From a virus (lineage: Duplodnaviria; Caudoviricetes): a stretch of 64,000 nt of DNA. Under the pieces are notes generated by a model that did not search any database, was not told the origin of the DNA, and saw nothing but the letters and a program-made list of their open reading frames with translations. Made by a program: the position numbers and the translations under genes. This document shows positions 26,945 to 37,332 of the stretch, in pieces (positions within the stretch are counted from its first letter, which is position 1; the number at the start of each line of letters is the position of its first letter). The DNA lies in the IMG/VR virus record IMGVR_UViG_3300031760_000032, positions 15,788-79,787 of that record, one strand, 5' to 3'.

Positions 26945-28172
26945 AAAATAAGTTGCCTAGTATAATGGAAACATTATACGGAGTTCGGGCAAAATCGGTG
27001 AAGGCTTGTTTCATATCACATTTGAAAGGTGGTATGATATGTCTATTATAATATCAAATGATTATAAACAAATGATAGTGAACGATTATAGTTCACATGT
27101 TCAAACAATTGAATCTTTAAGTCATAAATATAACTTAAGCCGTCCTACTATAATTAAAATTCTTAAAGAATATAATATACCTACGTATACTAAACAACAA
27201 TTGTATTCTATAGGACTTAAAGAAGATATCTTTAGTGTTATAGATACAGAAGAAAAAGCATACTTTTTAGGATTTTTATTAGCAGATGGATGTGTATTCT
27301 ATGATAAGAATAGATTGAACGCTTCTCCAAAAATATTATTTGGATTAAAAAGTGAAGATTCTTATATGGTAGAATTATTCCATAAGTTTATAAATGCTCA
27401 AACTTCTTTACGAATTGATAATAGGGCTGGTAAAGGCACAGTAAATTGTGTAGTTTCAAGTTTTAAAATGGCTGAAGATTTAAGTTTTATGGCATAGCTA
27501 ATCCAAAATTTCTTAGACCATTACCTATAGTAAGATATGATTTAGTACATCATCTTATTAGAGGTTTCTTTGATGGAGATGGTTGTTTTACATTCAGATT
27601 AGCACATCCAGAACGTAAGATATGTAATTCATATTCTGGAAAAGTCGCTCTTGTAACATATGAGATATTAAAAGAAGATATAATAAGAATACTTGAATGT
27701 ATCGGTATATCTCATTGGCTAACTGAAAGATGTAATAGTCAGATATATTTAGAAATGGTTGATATTAGAAGAAAGGATGAAATAGCTTTATTCTATAATT
27801 TCATATATCAAAATGCTACAATATATCTCACTAGAAAGAAAGAAAAGTTTGAACAGTATTTTCAATTAAATCATATGATATGAAACATGTTAATACCGAG
27901 GTAACTTTATACTTTAACAAGTATAAGAACCGTAACGAGTAGTGGTTGAAACTCTTATAGAGAATATAATACCACCAAGAGTGTCCGACACAATAATCTA
28001 TAGGATTATTCGTTCAATTTCACCGCATTGAATGCCTAACGTTAAACGAGGGTGAAAATCTACTCTGAGCTGGTCTGAATTAACAGACGTATCGTTTTGA
28101 AAATATAAACGTATGAGCGAAATCATAAGCTCCAGAAGTATAGGATAAAGAGCCTATACGATAACATAACTG
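26945..28172 (+). mobile_element. Group I intron 2 in nrdD (1228 nt) with homing endonuclease
   Basis: P1 aggT/Gcct; P7 GAGTAG/CTACTC; terminal G at 28172; splicing restores RAGGQV-PFSSINLGTD. Confidence 0.92.
27039..27883 (+). CDS. LAGLIDADG homing endonuclease with N-terminal HTH, frameshifted at about 27485-27488
   Basis: AYFLGFLLADG in frame 0; LIRGFFDGDG and YLTRKKEKF in the -1 frame. Confidence 0.85.
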
Positions 28173-29457
28173 ACCTTTTTCATCAATCAACTTGGGTACA
28201 GATACTTCTAATGCAGGACGTATGGTTATTAAGAATCTTCTCCTTGCTATGGAAGCTGGATTGGGACATGGTGAAACTTGTATCTTCCCGATTGTAATCT
28301 TTAAGGTAAAAGAAGGAGTAAACTATAATCCAGAAGACCCGAATTATGATTTACTTCAATTATCTTATAGAGTTACTGGTAAGCGTCTGTTTCCTAATTA
28401 CGTATTTCTTGACTCGCCGTTTAATCTTCAATATTATAAACCAGGTCATCCTGAAACTGAAGTAGCACAGATGGGATGTAGAACCCGTGTAATCGGAAAT
28501 GTCTATGACCCGACAAGAGAGATTTCTCACTCTAGAGGTAATCTTTCTTTCACTACAATTAATCTTCCTATGCTTGCTATTGAAGCTAATCATGACGAAA
28601 AGAAATTCTATGAGCTTCTTGATAAGTATTTAGAGCTTGTAAAGAAACAACTCTTAGAAAGATTTGAAATTCAGTCTCATCTTAAGGTAAAGAATCTTCC
28701 TTTCCTTATGGGACAAGGTGTATGGCTTGATTCTGAAAAACTTGGTCCAGAAGATGAAGTTGGAGAAGTACTTAAACACGGTTCTCTTTCTATTGGCTTT
28801 GTTGGACTTGCAGAAGCATTAGTTGCACTATATGGTCATCATCATGGTGAGGGTCAAGAGTATTGGGATAAGGGATATGCTATTGTAAAACATATGAGAG
28901 AGTATACAGATAAGGTAGCTTCTGAAACTCATCTTAATTTCTCTGTACTTGCTACACCTGCAGAAGGTCTGTGTGGTTCTGCATTAAGAAAGTGTAGAGC
29001 TAAGTATGGTGTAATTGAAGGTGTTACAGATAGAGACTATTTCACTAATAGCAATCATATTCCAGTTTATTATAATATTACAGCATATGATAAGATTAGA
29101 CTCGAAGCACCTTTCCATGAACTTACAAATGCAGGTCATATTGCATATATTGAAATCGACGGCGACGCTGCATCTAACGTTAAGGCAATCGAAGCCATTG
29201 TTAAGTGTATGCATGACCAAGGTGTAGGATATGGTGCTATTAATCATCCAGTAGATAGAGACCCTGTATGTGGATATACTGGAGTTATTGGCGATACTTG
29301 TCCTTATTGTGGACGTAAAGAAGAAGACGGTATTAAGTTTGACAGAATCAGACGTGTAACAGGATATCTTTCTGGTACATTAGACACTTTTAATGATGCA
29401 AAGAAGGCTGAAGAAAAAGACCGTGTAAAACATGGTGCTAGATTCCATGAAGAGTAA
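28173..29457 (+). CDS. nrdD: nrdD exon 3
   Basis: MGCRT, ATPAEG, YFTNS, Cys pairs and the RVTGYL glycyl-radical motif. Confidence 0.95.
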
Positions 29458-29463
29458 TTAATA

Positions 29464-29494
29464 AGAGAGTGGTGTAAATATTACACCACTCTCT
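29464..29494 (+). terminator. Terminator hairpin
   Basis: agagagtggtgtaa/ttacaccactctct stem. Confidence 0.75.
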
Positions 29495-29565
29495 ACATAT
29501 AAATAATGATATGGATTTTGGATTTTCGTATCATAATAAAATAATATCCTTAAGGAGGAATATAT

Positions 29566-29898
29566 ATGTATAATGTAATTCTTCAAGATGATGGCACGCA
29601 TGCACCTTGGTGTAATTGTCCAAGATGTGGTGAAAACGCAATCTCTAGAGAAGAAATTAATAAGAAATTCGGAACTAGAGTAATGGCAAATAAAAAAAGA
29701 ATCCCTCAGTCTAATTGTAGAGACTGTAGAAGTGAGGAGAGAAAAGACCCAGTAAAACAGAAGGATATCTTTACTAAAGAAGAAAGAGACATTATTAGAA
29801 ATGGTAAATCTTTATTTATGCCATGGAGGTATGAAGATTTAGATAGATTTTATTATATTATAGCACATGCTGCTCCAAATGTAAAATATGTATATTAA
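29566..29898 (+). CDS. Zinc-ribbon protein
   Basis: CPRCG...FGTR...PQSNCRDCR. Confidence 0.65.
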   Translation: MYNVILQDDGTHAPWCNCPRCGENAISREEINKKFGTRVMANKKRIPQSNCRDCRSEERKDPVKQKDIFTKEERDIIRNGKSLFMPWRYEDLDRFYYIIAHAAPNVKYVY

Positions 29899-29921
29899 TC
29901 AATTTCAAGAAGGAATATATT

Positions 29922-30257
29922 ATGAACAACAAGAATATCAAAAACAGAGCTTATGAGTTTCTTAAAACTCAACCAGAAACTAGACTTGATGATAGAGCTC
30001 TAGGATTCGCATTTGTAAAGGCTTCTCCTAATTATGTAATTCAACCTATTAGTCTTGAAGAGTACTTAACTGTATCAGTAGAATATCTTTTCAATTTCTA
30101 TGGTATGCCTAGATTGGAGACTATTGGTCGTTATCGTAGAGAATTTCTCAGAACTAATCAGGTATTTAAACCTAATAATGATGCTAATACAAGAGCTACA
30201 GACCCAAGTAAGAAGTTTAAGGCTGGACCCGAAAGTTTGTTCACTCAATATAAATAA
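29922..30257 (+). CDS. Hypothetical protein
   Basis: AAGGA RBS, 111 aa. Confidence 0.7.
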   Translation: MNNKNIKNRAYEFLKTQPETRLDDRALGFAFVKASPNYVIQPISLEEYLTVSVEYLFNFYGMPRLETIGRYRREFLRTNQVFKPNNDANTRATDPSKKFKAGPESLFTQYK

Positions 30258-30271
30258 TATTTATATAATAT

Positions 30272-30304
30272 TAAGGTGAGTAGCAATGCTACTCACCTTA
30301 TTTT
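30272..30304 (+). terminator. Intrinsic terminator
   Basis: taaggtgagtagc/gctactcacctta stem plus T run. Confidence 0.85.
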
Positions 30305-30330
30305 AATCTTTATGAAAGGAACAAAATCTT

Positions 30331-30999
30331 ATGAGAAACGAAAACTTTTTATCAAATGACGTCATAAAAAGGAACTGGGTATACATTGTTGTACCTGAAG
30401 AAATTTATGACGTATTTGCTAATCAAGCAAAAACAGCTCATGTCTCAATGGCATCAATCTTTGGCAGATTTCTTATGTCTGCTAAATACGAAGAATTTAA
30501 AATAGCAGTAGAGAAACAGGAAGATTTTTCTGGCTCATTCAATATTGCTTGCGGATTCGACAACAAAAAGTTTAGCATACTTCTTAGGTATGCTAAAAGG
30601 CTAGGTGTACCTGTAAACCAAATGGTTAAACAATACACGCTATATAGCTTCAGAGATAAGTATGAAGTCTCTGTAAAAGATAACCCTATAGTGTATTCAA
30701 AATACATTAGGGTCGAGCCTTCATTTAAGAAGGCTGTGATACGAGTGCTTAATAGATATAATAAACTCAATAGCACTAACTATAAACTCAGCAAATTCAT
30801 TGCTGGTATCTTAACTGATAAAATTGATATCTCTGATATCAATTATAAGTCAAAAAGATATGATACTGGGAGTGGAAGTGAGTTTATCTATCTTAGCTTC
30901 ACTGAAGAAGAGCATAAATATGTATTTGCTAGAGCTGAAACTTGCAAAGAGTTCAGAAGATTAATAGCAAGATATATATCTAAGGACTTATCTCAGTAA
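30331..30999 (+). CDS. Putative DNA-binding protein with four tandem ribbon-helix-helix-like units
   Basis: Four strand-helix-helix segments, e.g. VYIVVPEEIYDVFANQAKTAHVSMASIFGRFL. Confidence 0.55.
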   Translation: MRNENFLSNDVIKRNWVYIVVPEEIYDVFANQAKTAHVSMASIFGRFLMSAKYEEFKIAVEKQEDFSGSFNIACGFDNKKFSILLRYAKRLGVPVNQMVKQYTLYSFRDKYEVSVKDNPIVYSKYIRVEPSFKKAVIRVLNRYNKLNSTNYKLSKFIAGILTDKIDISDINYKSKRYDTGSGSEFIYLSFTEEEHKYVFARAETCKEFRRLIARYISKDLSQ

Positions 31000-31078
31000 T
31001 ATGATGGTAATTAGGTTGGAGATTAACATGTCTCCAACCTTTTTATAAAAATTTTATAATCGAAAGGAAAGAATTATT

Positions 31079-32323
31079 ATGAACAACATGAACAACAACG
31101 AGAGAAACCCCTTTGCAGAGGCTATTATGAAGCCTATGGAGGAAGAAATCAAAAACGCACATGACGAAATCGATAACTGTGAGAAGAACGGTGTTCGTTA
31201 TGTAAACACTACTCACGAAGAATTCGCTAAGATGATGTGTGAAATACATAAAGATAATGCATCTGATTTCAATCTTTCTGCATTAAAGGTTACTGAATAC
31301 AAGTGTGACCTTGGTCCTGGACCTGACGATGCTTCTAAAGATTGGGGTGCTATATATTTATTCCCTCACTATCTTATTAAGTCACCTAAGTATAGAATCG
31401 AACCTGATATCGAGGATACTGGCTTAGTAGACATTACTTATATCTGTACTTACAATGAGCTGCTTACAGTACTCATTGATAAGAAGGATATGTCCTGCGA
31501 AGGATTCAGAAGATTCATATTTGATACTCTGGAAAATGCACTCCATACTGTCAACGGATGCAAGATTCCTAAGACAAAAGAGCCAGAGAATTATGCATCT
31601 TATCGTCAGTTAATGACACTGATATGCTTTGTCAACAAATATAGCAAGTATCTTTATTATAGATTTAGATATGTGCTTGTTCATATTCTTGGCGATAATA
31701 AATGCCGTTATCGTCGTTATACTATCATTGCTATTGATGAGAAAGGCAGCAAAGTCAGAGATACCATGAATACTCATCTTGTTGAAAAATCTACAGTAAA
31801 AAAGACTGCTAACGATTATAGAAATGATAATCCTAATTATAAGTATGAGGCAGCTATGAATTTCACAAAGATGAGTGATAAGATTGACTACGAGATTGCT
31901 AGTCATGATACTTTTATGGCTGACCTCATTACCTATTACGATGGTAATATCAGAAAGCTCGTAAAAGAGTTCAATGAGAAAGTAGATGAAATAGGCATCG
32001 AAGAAGCCTGGAAGACAAAGGTAGGCTTTATTATACTTAAATATATCGACTATATTGCCGAGTTTAAAACCGATAAAATGAAGCCCATTAAACTCTATGT
32101 AGATGATTATAAGCATTTATGCTTCACTGATAGAGTAAAGAAATCAGAAATCTCAAATAATTTCGGTATATTTCCTGCATTTCCTAAACCTGAGCCGAAC
32201 TCAGACTACAAGTATAATCCTGACGATTTCAAAGTTGACGATGATTATATTACAGAACCTGGTAGTATGATTATCATCTACGACAATAAAAATCTCAATA
32301 ATCTTGAGGATGATGTTGAATAA
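31079..32323 (+). CDS. Hypothetical protein
   Basis: 414 aa, RBS present. Confidence 0.8.
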   Translation: MNNMNNNERNPFAEAIMKPMEEEIKNAHDEIDNCEKNGVRYVNTTHEEFAKMMCEIHKDNASDFNLSALKVTEYKCDLGPGPDDASKDWGAIYLFPHYLIKSPKYRIEPDIEDTGLVDITYICTYNELLTVLIDKKDMSCEGFRRFIFDTLENALHTVNGCKIPKTKEPENYASYRQLMTLICFVNKYSKYLYYRFRYVLVHILGDNKCRYRRYTIIAIDEKGSKVRDTMNTHLVEKSTVKKTANDYRNDNPNYKYEAAMNFTKMSDKIDYEIASHDTFMADLITYYDGNIRKLVKEFNEKVDEIGIEEAWKTKVGFIILKYIDYIAEFKTDKMKPIKLYVDDYKHLCFTDRVKKSEISNNFGIFPAFPKPEPNSDYKYNPDDFKVDDDYITEPGSMIIIYDNKNLNNLEDDVE

Positions 32324-32333
32324 TCGTAATATA

Positions 32334-32367
32334 AAGAAGACTGGCTACTTGTCAGTCTTCTTTTTTT
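32334..32367 (+). terminator. Intrinsic terminator
   Basis: aagaagactg/cagtcttctt stem plus T run. Confidence 0.85.
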
Positions 32368-32373
32368 GCTTTG

Positions 32374-32388
32374 TATATTATTATTGTG
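32374..32388 (+). promoter_or_regulatory. Class A promoter
   Basis: TATATTAT-tatt-GTG followed by tatggg/cccata pairing. Confidence 0.65.
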
Positions 32389-32473
32389 ATATGGGAGTCA
32401 TAAACCCTATCCTGTGGAGGACCGCTAGCCCATAGAGGCACTATAAATTTATTATGGTCCAAGAGCAGTACCT

Positions 32474-33658
32474 ATGAGGTATATTATGAAAAAGGTTATC
32501 ACCATTAAAGGGGACCTCATCCCCACTTTTATAACTAAAATTGACGGTGTCGGTGTCGTCGATACAGCAATCATGAGAATAAGAGTAAAGGATTTGAAGT
32601 TTCTGCCCATAGAGGCCAACCCTCGCTCTTTTCATGATGGTACAACAACAAAGAAAATAGAGCATACAATAGTTCAGGAACCAGAACTTTTTGAGGTTCT
32701 AAATCGTGGCATGACTATTGTATGCTCTGATTGTATCTACGATAAAGGGGAAGTGTCCTTTATATTCACAGACAAAAATCAGGGTCTCGTGGATGGAGGA
32801 CATAGCTTTAATGTTGCTATGAGAAACTCTGATTCTAACGCAAAAATCATTGCCAAAATTATTTATGGTGATGGAGCTGCTATCCTAGCAAATAGAATTG
32901 CAGAGACGTTCAATACGTCTGAAAAGGTTTCAGAAATGTCATTAAATAACCTTAAAGGTTATTTTGATTTTATCAAGAAAGAAATATTAAATCAACCATA
33001 TTTCTTTGATATTAAGTGGGAAGAGAATGCGAAAAAGAGAATTCTCTCCACTAGAATAGTAGGATTAATGAATTCCTTTGACCCTGATAGATGGGGTCAT
33101 GGGGATGTATGCGAAAAAGCTCCAACTGATTCATACAATTCTGCACGTCATACACAAAATGACTATGCAAAGATGTATGAAAATTTTGGGGAGACTATAG
33201 ATAATCCCTATTATGCATTAAAAAATGTAATAGTCCAGATAATCGATTTATTCGATTGGACTGAACAAAATTTTGTCAGATTATATAATAAGGTGGGAGG
33301 ACGATACAAAAATATCACCGTAACACTACCTGATAAGACTAAAGTAAAATTGGTTGAAATTGATAAGAACAAGAAGTTCAAATCAACTTTTTATGGTCAA
33401 AATTTGCCAGGCTATATTCCTACATCTCTTATCTATGCAATTATTTCTCCTATGAGAATTCTTTTACAAAGAGATGGAAATGGGTTCTGGCAATTCACCA
33501 CTGACCCAAAGCAAATCATAGAGGCAATAGGTCCTCAGCTAATTAAGTATGCACTGTCATACTATTCCATATGGAATCCGAATGCGGCTATGAAGGACCC
33601 CAAATTTTGGGTCTATCTATATGATAAAACAATTTTATTAAAAAATCAGATGAAGTAA
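32474..33658 (+). CDS. AIPR-family protein
   Basis: ANPR, PELFEVLNRGMTIV and GLVDGGHS motifs. Confidence 0.8.
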   Translation: MRYIMKKVITIKGDLIPTFITKIDGVGVVDTAIMRIRVKDLKFLPIEANPRSFHDGTTTKKIEHTIVQEPELFEVLNRGMTIVCSDCIYDKGEVSFIFTDKNQGLVDGGHSFNVAMRNSDSNAKIIAKIIYGDGAAILANRIAETFNTSEKVSEMSLNNLKGYFDFIKKEILNQPYFFDIKWEENAKKRILSTRIVGLMNSFDPDRWGHGDVCEKAPTDSYNSARHTQNDYAKMYENFGETIDNPYYALKNVIVQIIDLFDWTEQNFVRLYNKVGGRYKNITVTLPDKTKVKLVEIDKNKKFKSTFYGQNLPGYIPTSLIYAIISPMRILLQRDGNGFWQFTTDPKQIIEAIGPQLIKYALSYYSIWNPNAAMKDPKFWVYLYDKTILLKNQMK

Positions 33659-33667
33659 TATTGTTTT

Positions 33668-33700
33668 AGAAGGGCTGTTCCACTCCAGCCCTTCTTTTTT
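33668..33700 (+). terminator. Intrinsic terminator
   Basis: agaagggctg/cagcccttct stem plus T run. Confidence 0.85.
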
Positions 33701-33718
33701 GTCCTCAACACATAATTT

Positions 33719-33730
33719 AACAATTTAGTA
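33719..33730 (+). promoter_or_regulatory. Class B promoter
   Basis: AACA-atttag-TA, identical to 17623-17634. Confidence 0.65.
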
Positions 33731-33758
33731 ATATTTATATATAAAGGAGTGTGTCCCT

Positions 33759-34559
33759 ATGTTTGACTTATATAGAAACGACCAAATTTATAATATGGTC
33801 GCAGAGGGTGAGGTAGCTACACTATTATCTCAATTCTCTAGCTCATATGTTATGGATGTTATTAACAACTCTATTAGAAATAGATTTGCTTATAATCCAG
33901 CTGTTACTAACCCAAATATTGTTAACTCTTATGAGATTAACTTTAAGGATATGCTAGGTAGATTTCCGTCTGATGCTGATAATATTATGTCTATTAGATA
34001 TGAAACCTATCTAACTATCATAAATAAGATTTGTTCTTCTTTCAATGTACAATATGTTGGAAATGAACCAGACTGTTATATTCTAGCATATAATCTATAT
34101 GACCTATTTGTTTCTGGCTATGCTAGAAACATCATTAATTTTTTCGCTCGTTATATTTATGCTAACAGAGAACAACTATATGCTGCTATGAATCTAGACC
34201 GATATAAGAAGATTAAAGATAGTACTTCTAATTATATACGAAAAGCATATAATGACCAAACTGTATCTATTATAATTGCTAGAATCAAAGAAGTAATTTA
34301 CTATATCTCTGGTTTCGATATTGATTTCTATACTTTCTTGACATTCAATTATAATAGAGATATGTGTGATTTCTTATATCAAAACATTCAACCTTTTGGA
34401 AATATATTTAAGGATGAATTCTGTCAAGTTATCAATAATCCAGAAATTCTAACAGAGATTAGAATTGCAATTCAAAAAATGATGGAAGCTGATATGTCAG
34501 CTTCTCAACAACAACCACAAGACAATAATCTAGAAGAGGAAGAAGGAGCTGAGTATTAA
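33759..34559 (+). CDS. Hypothetical protein, probably a virion component
   Basis: RBS and class B promoter; function from context only. Confidence 0.65.
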   Translation: MFDLYRNDQIYNMVAEGEVATLLSQFSSSYVMDVINNSIRNRFAYNPAVTNPNIVNSYEINFKDMLGRFPSDADNIMSIRYETYLTIINKICSSFNVQYVGNEPDCYILAYNLYDLFVSGYARNIINFFARYIYANREQLYAAMNLDRYKKIKDSTSNYIRKAYNDQTVSIIIARIKEVIYYISGFDIDFYTFLTFNYNRDMCDFLYQNIQPFGNIFKDEFCQVINNPEILTEIRIAIQKMMEADMSASQQQPQDNNLEEEEGAEY

Positions 34560-36568
34560 TGCCAGTTATTAACAATGCATATCCTGTAGATGAAAGTAAT
34601 TATGCTTATTCACCATCTGATATGGATATTACTCATAAAGATATGAGTAGAAAAGACATCAATAATTTGATTGATTCTCTATGTAAAGTCCGTATGGAGA
34701 ATCCAGATGTAGTATTGATGGACCAGATTAGAGATGAGTCTAAATTCTATGACCCTATTGCTCAAGAAAAGAGAGAGCTTGAACAGGATAATATCGCTGT
34801 TGAAGAAGAAATTCTCAAAGGCATTTTTGAATCTGATACGCCAATGAGTGTTGAAGAACAAAATGAACTTATTGCTAAGGGTGTGTATCAAAAATATCAA
34901 GAAATGAAAGCAAGAAAACAAGGTAAATCTGTACAACAAATGGCTAAGGAGGATAATGAAGCTATGAATGATATCGAAGCAGAGCTCAGAGCAAGTATGA
35001 ATACACCTATGGTAGGTGATATTGAACAAGTGACAGAAGTTATTTCTGAAACACCAATGGAGGAAATTACGGAGAGTTCATTTCCAGTCGAGTTTACAGA
35101 AGAAAAAGAGTCTACTGGAACAGGTGAAATTGCTAATCCAGTTGAAGGTACTACTCTGGTTGAAGAAGGTACTAGAGCGGATGCAATAAAGGAATATAAT
35201 GAAGCATTGAAAACTGTCAATAATAATCTTAATACTATTTTTGATAAGATGGACCCTCCTAAATTAGAATATGACTTAACAGAAGAAGAGCTCAATACAA
35301 TGGCTAATTGTGATACACTAGCTATAGATGCTATGGAAGATACTACTCTGGTTGAAGAAGGTGCTGGAATGGATGCAGAGTCTGTAATTGATACTTTTGA
35401 AACAGAGAGAAATAAACCTGAAGAGAAGCATCATCTTTCTAAAAAGAGTATTGCTAAGCTTGTAGGTGGTTTTCCTACTGCAGCAGCTGTAATGGCTAAT
35501 CCACAGGAAGAAACTCTTGAAGATGTTATGACAGAGTTTAATGATACTGTAGATAGTATCAAGAATCTGCCAGAAGCTATTAATGCTAATAACAATGATG
35601 ATGTAGAAGAAGACAAACCTATGTCTGTTGAAGAGTTTAATGACGTTCCTGCAACTGAAATTAATCTTCCTGATGATGTAGTTACTTCTGCCCTTATGAA
35701 GCAGTATGATAATGTAACTTATGAAGAAGCAATGCAGCTTGTAGATGTAATGAATCGTTATAAGGCACATGAGAAGTTTAATGTATTTGAAGCTTTACCA
35801 ATGTCTATTAAGACAGTGATTCTTCAAGAAGCTGCATCTGTTGGAGCAGACCGTTCTACAGTTAACTTCTTTGCAAAGACATTCATTAATGACCTTGTAA
35901 ATAATACTTATCTCGATAGAGAGATTAAAGATTTCAATGATGAACTTCAGAAAGCAATGGCTCCTATGGGTAATATTGTAGGAACTATGATGGATGAGTA
36001 TAATGATGAAGTATACGATAAGTTTACTACTAAGCTTTTTGAAAAGGCTGATGAGATTAGAAACTCTGACCCAGAAAAGGCACGTCAGCTTAATACTATT
36101 GGTACTAACTTTGAAGCTGCTGTAACACTTAGCAGAATCCGTTCTAATCTTGCTGTTAATAATTCAATCTCTAATAAGCATTACAAGTATGCTAGAGATA
36201 ACTGGAAGAAGCTTGTAGAAGAGTATAGAGATATTATCGCTAATGTAAATCCAAAGCCTAGAGATTTAGATACATGTCTCAAAGGTCTTATTACTGCTGG
36301 TTATCCAGAAGATTATGCTAAGACTATTATTTCTCTTGTAGTATCTGAAGTAAAGGATGCCATAGAGAATGGTAGTCTTGAAGAGCATATCTACGCATAT
36401 TATCTTACTAATTCTCTGCTCAATCTTAACTATACTGCTAATAACAGTAAAGTAATTGAGAAGATTAAGTATGGTGTTGATGATGCTATCGATATGATTG
36501 ATAAGTATATGGCACCTCTTAAGATGAGAAATACTAAGAAGAACAGAAAGAGAAATAAGAGAAAGTAA
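34559..36568 (+). CDS. Large protein with acidic N-terminal half and basic tail
   Basis: 669 aa; exact 22-bp internal repeat at 35149 and 35341 (TTLVEEG). Confidence 0.8.
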   Translation: MPVINNAYPVDESNYAYSPSDMDITHKDMSRKDINNLIDSLCKVRMENPDVVLMDQIRDESKFYDPIAQEKRELEQDNIAVEEEILKGIFESDTPMSVEEQNELIAKGVYQKYQEMKARKQGKSVQQMAKEDNEAMNDIEAELRASMNTPMVGDIEQVTEVISETPMEEITESSFPVEFTEEKESTGTGEIANPVEGTTLVEEGTRADAIKEYNEALKTVNNNLNTIFDKMDPPKLEYDLTEEELNTMANCDTLAIDAMEDTTLVEEGAGMDAESVIDTFETERNKPEEKHHLSKKSIAKLVGGFPTAAAVMANPQEETLEDVMTEFNDTVDSIKNLPEAINANNNDDVEEDKPMSVEEFNDVPATEINLPDDVVTSALMKQYDNVTYEEAMQLVDVMNRYKAHEKFNVFEALPMSIKTVILQEAASVGADRSTVNFFAKTFINDLVNNTYLDREIKDFNDELQKAMAPMGNIVGTMMDEYNDEVYDKFTTKLFEKADEIRNSDPEKARQLNTIGTNFEAAVTLSRIRSNLAVNNSISNKHYKYARDNWKKLVEEYRDIIANVNPKPRDLDTCLKGLITAGYPEDYAKTIISLVVSEVKDAIENGSLEEHIYAYYLTNSLLNLNYTANNSKVIEKIKYGVDDAIDMIDKYMAPLKMRNTKKNRKRNKRK

Positions 36569-36597
36569 TATATGAGGGGTGAGTAAAATCACCCCTA

Positions 36598-36609
36598 AAC
36601 ATTTTATTA
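36598..36609 (+). promoter_or_regulatory. Class B promoter
   Basis: AACA-ttttat-TA directly after a hairpin. Confidence 0.55.
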
Positions 36610-36631
36610 AAATACCAAAGGAGGTAATATT

Positions 36632-37018
36632 ATGGTTTCTTTTTTAACTTGTAATGCAAAAGCTGTATTAAGACTTATCCTTGAAGTATCGTATCAAAAG
36701 AAGGATAAGATTGCTAAATGTATATACGAGATTTCTTCTGATAAGGTATATAAGATTACTGTAGCTGATAATATGACTGGTCTATATACTTATAATGCTC
36801 GTGTTACTGGATATACTATGTGTAATACAGAAGAGGTATTATCTTTTGTAAATCAGAATACTAAACCTACTGTAGTAGATACTCTTAAGATTGACTATTC
36901 AGAGGATAATATTTCCAAAACTACTTCTATTAATGTGGCAGATATTCGTTACATTGAGGAGTTATCTACATCTGGTTTTGATGAGATTCTGAATCGTGAA
37001 ATCCCGACTTTTAAATAA
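36632..37018 (+). CDS. Hypothetical protein, paralog of 4962-5522
   Basis: Shared pattern ..YxI...GxxTxxAR..., IxDYS....I.I..I. Confidence 0.75.
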   Translation: MVSFLTCNAKAVLRLILEVSYQKKDKIAKCIYEISSDKVYKITVADNMTGLYTYNARVTGYTMCNTEEVLSFVNQNTKPTVVDTLKIDYSEDNISKTTSINVADIRYIEELSTSGFDEILNREIPTFK

Positions 37019-37027
37019 TACACACGA

Positions 37028-37039
37028 AACAAAATAATA
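37028..37039 (+). promoter_or_regulatory. Class B promoter
   Basis: AACA-aaataa-TA. Confidence 0.5.
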
Positions 37040-37063
37040 ATAATTTATAAGGAGGAATCTATC

Positions 37064-37318
37064 ATGTTTGATAAGATGAGAAAAGCAGTATACGACTATG
37101 TTGTATCACACCTTGATAAGACCGATGAGGTTTCTATCTCACTTAATGATGTTTACATCATATGGACTTGTAAGACACTTCAGAACTGGAAGGCTTGTAT
37201 TAGTACTACTCTTCCCGATGGTATGTACTATGAGTGTACATATAATGGAGATACTAATGAGCTCTATCTGGATGCTTATAAGAAGTTCGAAAACAAAGTC
37301 ATTAAAGATTTTAATTAA
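37064..37318 (+). CDS. DUF6275-like phage protein
   Basis: VYIIWTCKTLQNWKACIST...YYECTYNGD..ELYLDAYKK. Confidence 0.75.
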   Translation: MFDKMRKAVYDYVVSHLDKTDEVSISLNDVYIIWTCKTLQNWKACISTTLPDGMYYECTYNGDTNELYLDAYKKFENKVIKDFN

Positions 37319-37332
37319 TGGAGGTAACTAAC

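Noticed and set aside
26670-26951. Separate 93-aa gene, and exon 1 and exon 3 ORFs as independent genes
   Set aside because: They are exons of the spliced nrdD
35149-35362. Exact 22-bp direct repeat as a possible att or recombination site
   Set aside because: Both copies are in frame and encode the same TTLVEEG peptide; an internal coding duplication is the simpler explanation
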